Of a DNA stretch of 64,000 nucleotides, positions 62,505 through 64,000 are shown in pieces. Below the pieces are notes generated by a model, which had not been told where the DNA came from, did not search any database, and saw only the letters and a program-made list of their open reading frames with translations. Location of the stretch: the NCBI GenBank assembly GCA_002269645.1, contig NIVC01000730.1, positions 124,001 through 188,000 of the forward strand. The letters run 5' to 3'. Numbering within the stretch: position 1 is the first letter of the stretch; each line of letters begins with the position of its first letter. This DNA is from Macrostomum lignano (lineage: Eukaryota). Position numbers and translations under genes: made by a program.

Positions 62505-63555
62505 TTGAAAGACTGCCAGAAATCATAGAACCGAGAAAAGCTCATTTTTAATCTCAAACCCCGATTCTTAATTCCCTATCCCTGATTGCTCGATCATGTT
62601 TGGAATCCGAATCCAAGATTCTTGATTCCCTTTCCCAGATAGGGCATATGGCACCTTTTGCGAGAAACTTGAAAGATTGGGTCGGCTATCATAATTCATA
62701 AGGCAGAGAGGAGCTTATGGCACCTTTTTCTAAATGTTTGAAAGACTGCCAGCTATCATAGAACCGTGAGAAGCTCATTTTTTAATCTCAATCCCCGATT
62801 CCTAATTCCCTATCCCTGATTCCTAATGTTGGAATCCGAATCCCCAATTCCTAATGTAGTAGGGCATTATTTTAGGAACGGGAAATTTTGTGGGTCCAAA
62901 TATGCTTTTACCCTACTATCAGTAGTTTCAACCCGGGGAAATAATTAGAGCGGGGTGAGTAGATAAAATTGGGGTTTCTTTAGAACTACAGAGCAGTTGG
63001 GCTCTTGGGAAAGAAAGTGTTGGAGTGTCTTCTCCTATCCTCGAACTTGGAAAATTCACAAGGAAGCGGTAAGAAGGGGAAATAAATAAAAGAAATATAA
63101 TTTAGGCTTGCACAGAGGAGTCTTGCCTCTAAATCTATAAACTGGGAGTCTTGCCCAACGCACAACAGGAAAACTTAATATAGGAACTAATGAAAAGACA
63201 AACTTTTGTACAATCAAATAACCATTTCCGTTTTTTTTATTATTAAACTTTTGTGTTAACTAAATCTAAATTGGTGTCCTGACTCAGTTCTTTAAACCTA
63301 AAGCTAGAATTAGGGAACAGCAGGAACCTGGTGGCAGCGAACTACCAAAAAGTCTCAACCAGTAGGAAGTAAAATCCACTAGTAAGAATCCTTAGCAAGA
63401 AAACCAGTAGCTTAGCCACGAGGTTACACGCCCATTCCACTAATTCCCTATCCCTGATTCCTAATGTTGGAATCCGAATCCCCAATTCTTAATTCCCTAT
63501 CCCTGATTCCTCACTTTGGAATCCGAATCCACGATTTCTAATTCCTTATCCCTGA
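62505..63555 (+). repeat. Dispersed/tandem ATTCCCTATCCCTGATTCC...GGAATCCGAATCC repeats, interrupted by a solo LTR
   Basis: Repeated blocks at ~62560, ~62795 and ~63440-63555. Confidence 0.8.
62855..63428 (-). mobile_element. Putative solo LTR with an 11-nt PPT-like remnant
   Basis: TGTA...TACA termini; the CTAA 4-bp duplication (62851-62854 and 63440-63443) encloses the LTR plus CGCCCATTCCA; it splits the surrounding repeat. Confidence 0.6.
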
Positions 63556-63868
63556 GAAGACGAACTTGTTTAAATCCTTCAGAGGGGAATGGTGAGGGGA
63601 AGCTTCTGACGTTCTAGTTGCTTTAGCTATACAAGTAAATATATATGTAGTCTTCGCATAAATTTTTATGGCACCTTTTATCGAAAGGTTTGAAAGCCTT
63701 TAATCGGTTTTCGGTAGAAGAAAATAACAAGTCAAAGTGGCTGTCAAACCATAAACTCAAGCCAGACTTGTCCACAAACGTGTCCGCAAAATTCGGCAAA
63801 AAGCCCTGGGACTGCGCCTGTATGTGTATTCTAATATCAAAACATAACTAATAAAAGCGAAAAAAGAA

Positions 63869-64000
63869 AGAAGCGTCATGTAAACGATCATAGAAGCGTC
63901 ATGTCAACAATCATGGAAGCGTCATGTATAAAATCATAGAAGCGTCATGTAAAAATCATAGAAGCGTCATGTAAAAATCATAGAAGCGTCATGTAAAAAT
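63869..64000 (-). repeat. Same ~23-bp satellite as at the window start, inverted, runs off the window end
   Basis: AAAATCATAGAAGCGTCATGTA is the reverse complement of the left-array unit. Confidence 0.97.

Noticed and set aside
1-64000. Fanzor/TnpB, RAG-like or host protein-coding genes
   Set aside because: No RuvC, RAG1-core or conserved housekeeping motifs were recognised in the ORF track or in the frames read by eye.

Overview
Eukaryotic (invertebrate-like) repeat-rich DNA with GT-AG introns and no recognisable host housekeeping gene. The window is a nest of transposable elements bracketed by two oppositely oriented arrays of the same ~23-bp satellite (1-1656 and 63869-64000). In order it holds: a tRNA-derived relic; a near-intact hAT transposon (13-bp TIRs, 8-bp TSD); a decayed Polinton/Maverick segment (penton plus A32-like packaging ATPase); a complete 9.3-kb CMC/EnSpm-type transposon (transposase plus DUF4806-like gene, TTA TSD) forming a ~640-bp hairpin with a second inverted end; Ulp1 and CMC fragments; a three-LTR Gypsy with a 5-bp TSD; an RTE-like 3' fragment; three copies of a ~430-bp structured unit carrying a twister-ribozyme-like motif and a tRNA-Leu-3'-end-like motif; a long-TIR MITE; an orphan ORF; two more Gypsy elements; a NOF/Foldback-like MULE transposase-Ulp1 gene; a higher-order minisatellite; a hAT MITE; a Ngaro-type tyrosine-recombinase retrotransposon; and a solo LTR. 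The least explained items are the structured ~430-bp units (38.6-43.1 kb) and the window-wide inverted satellite frame. All family assignments come from motif recognition by eye; no database search was run.
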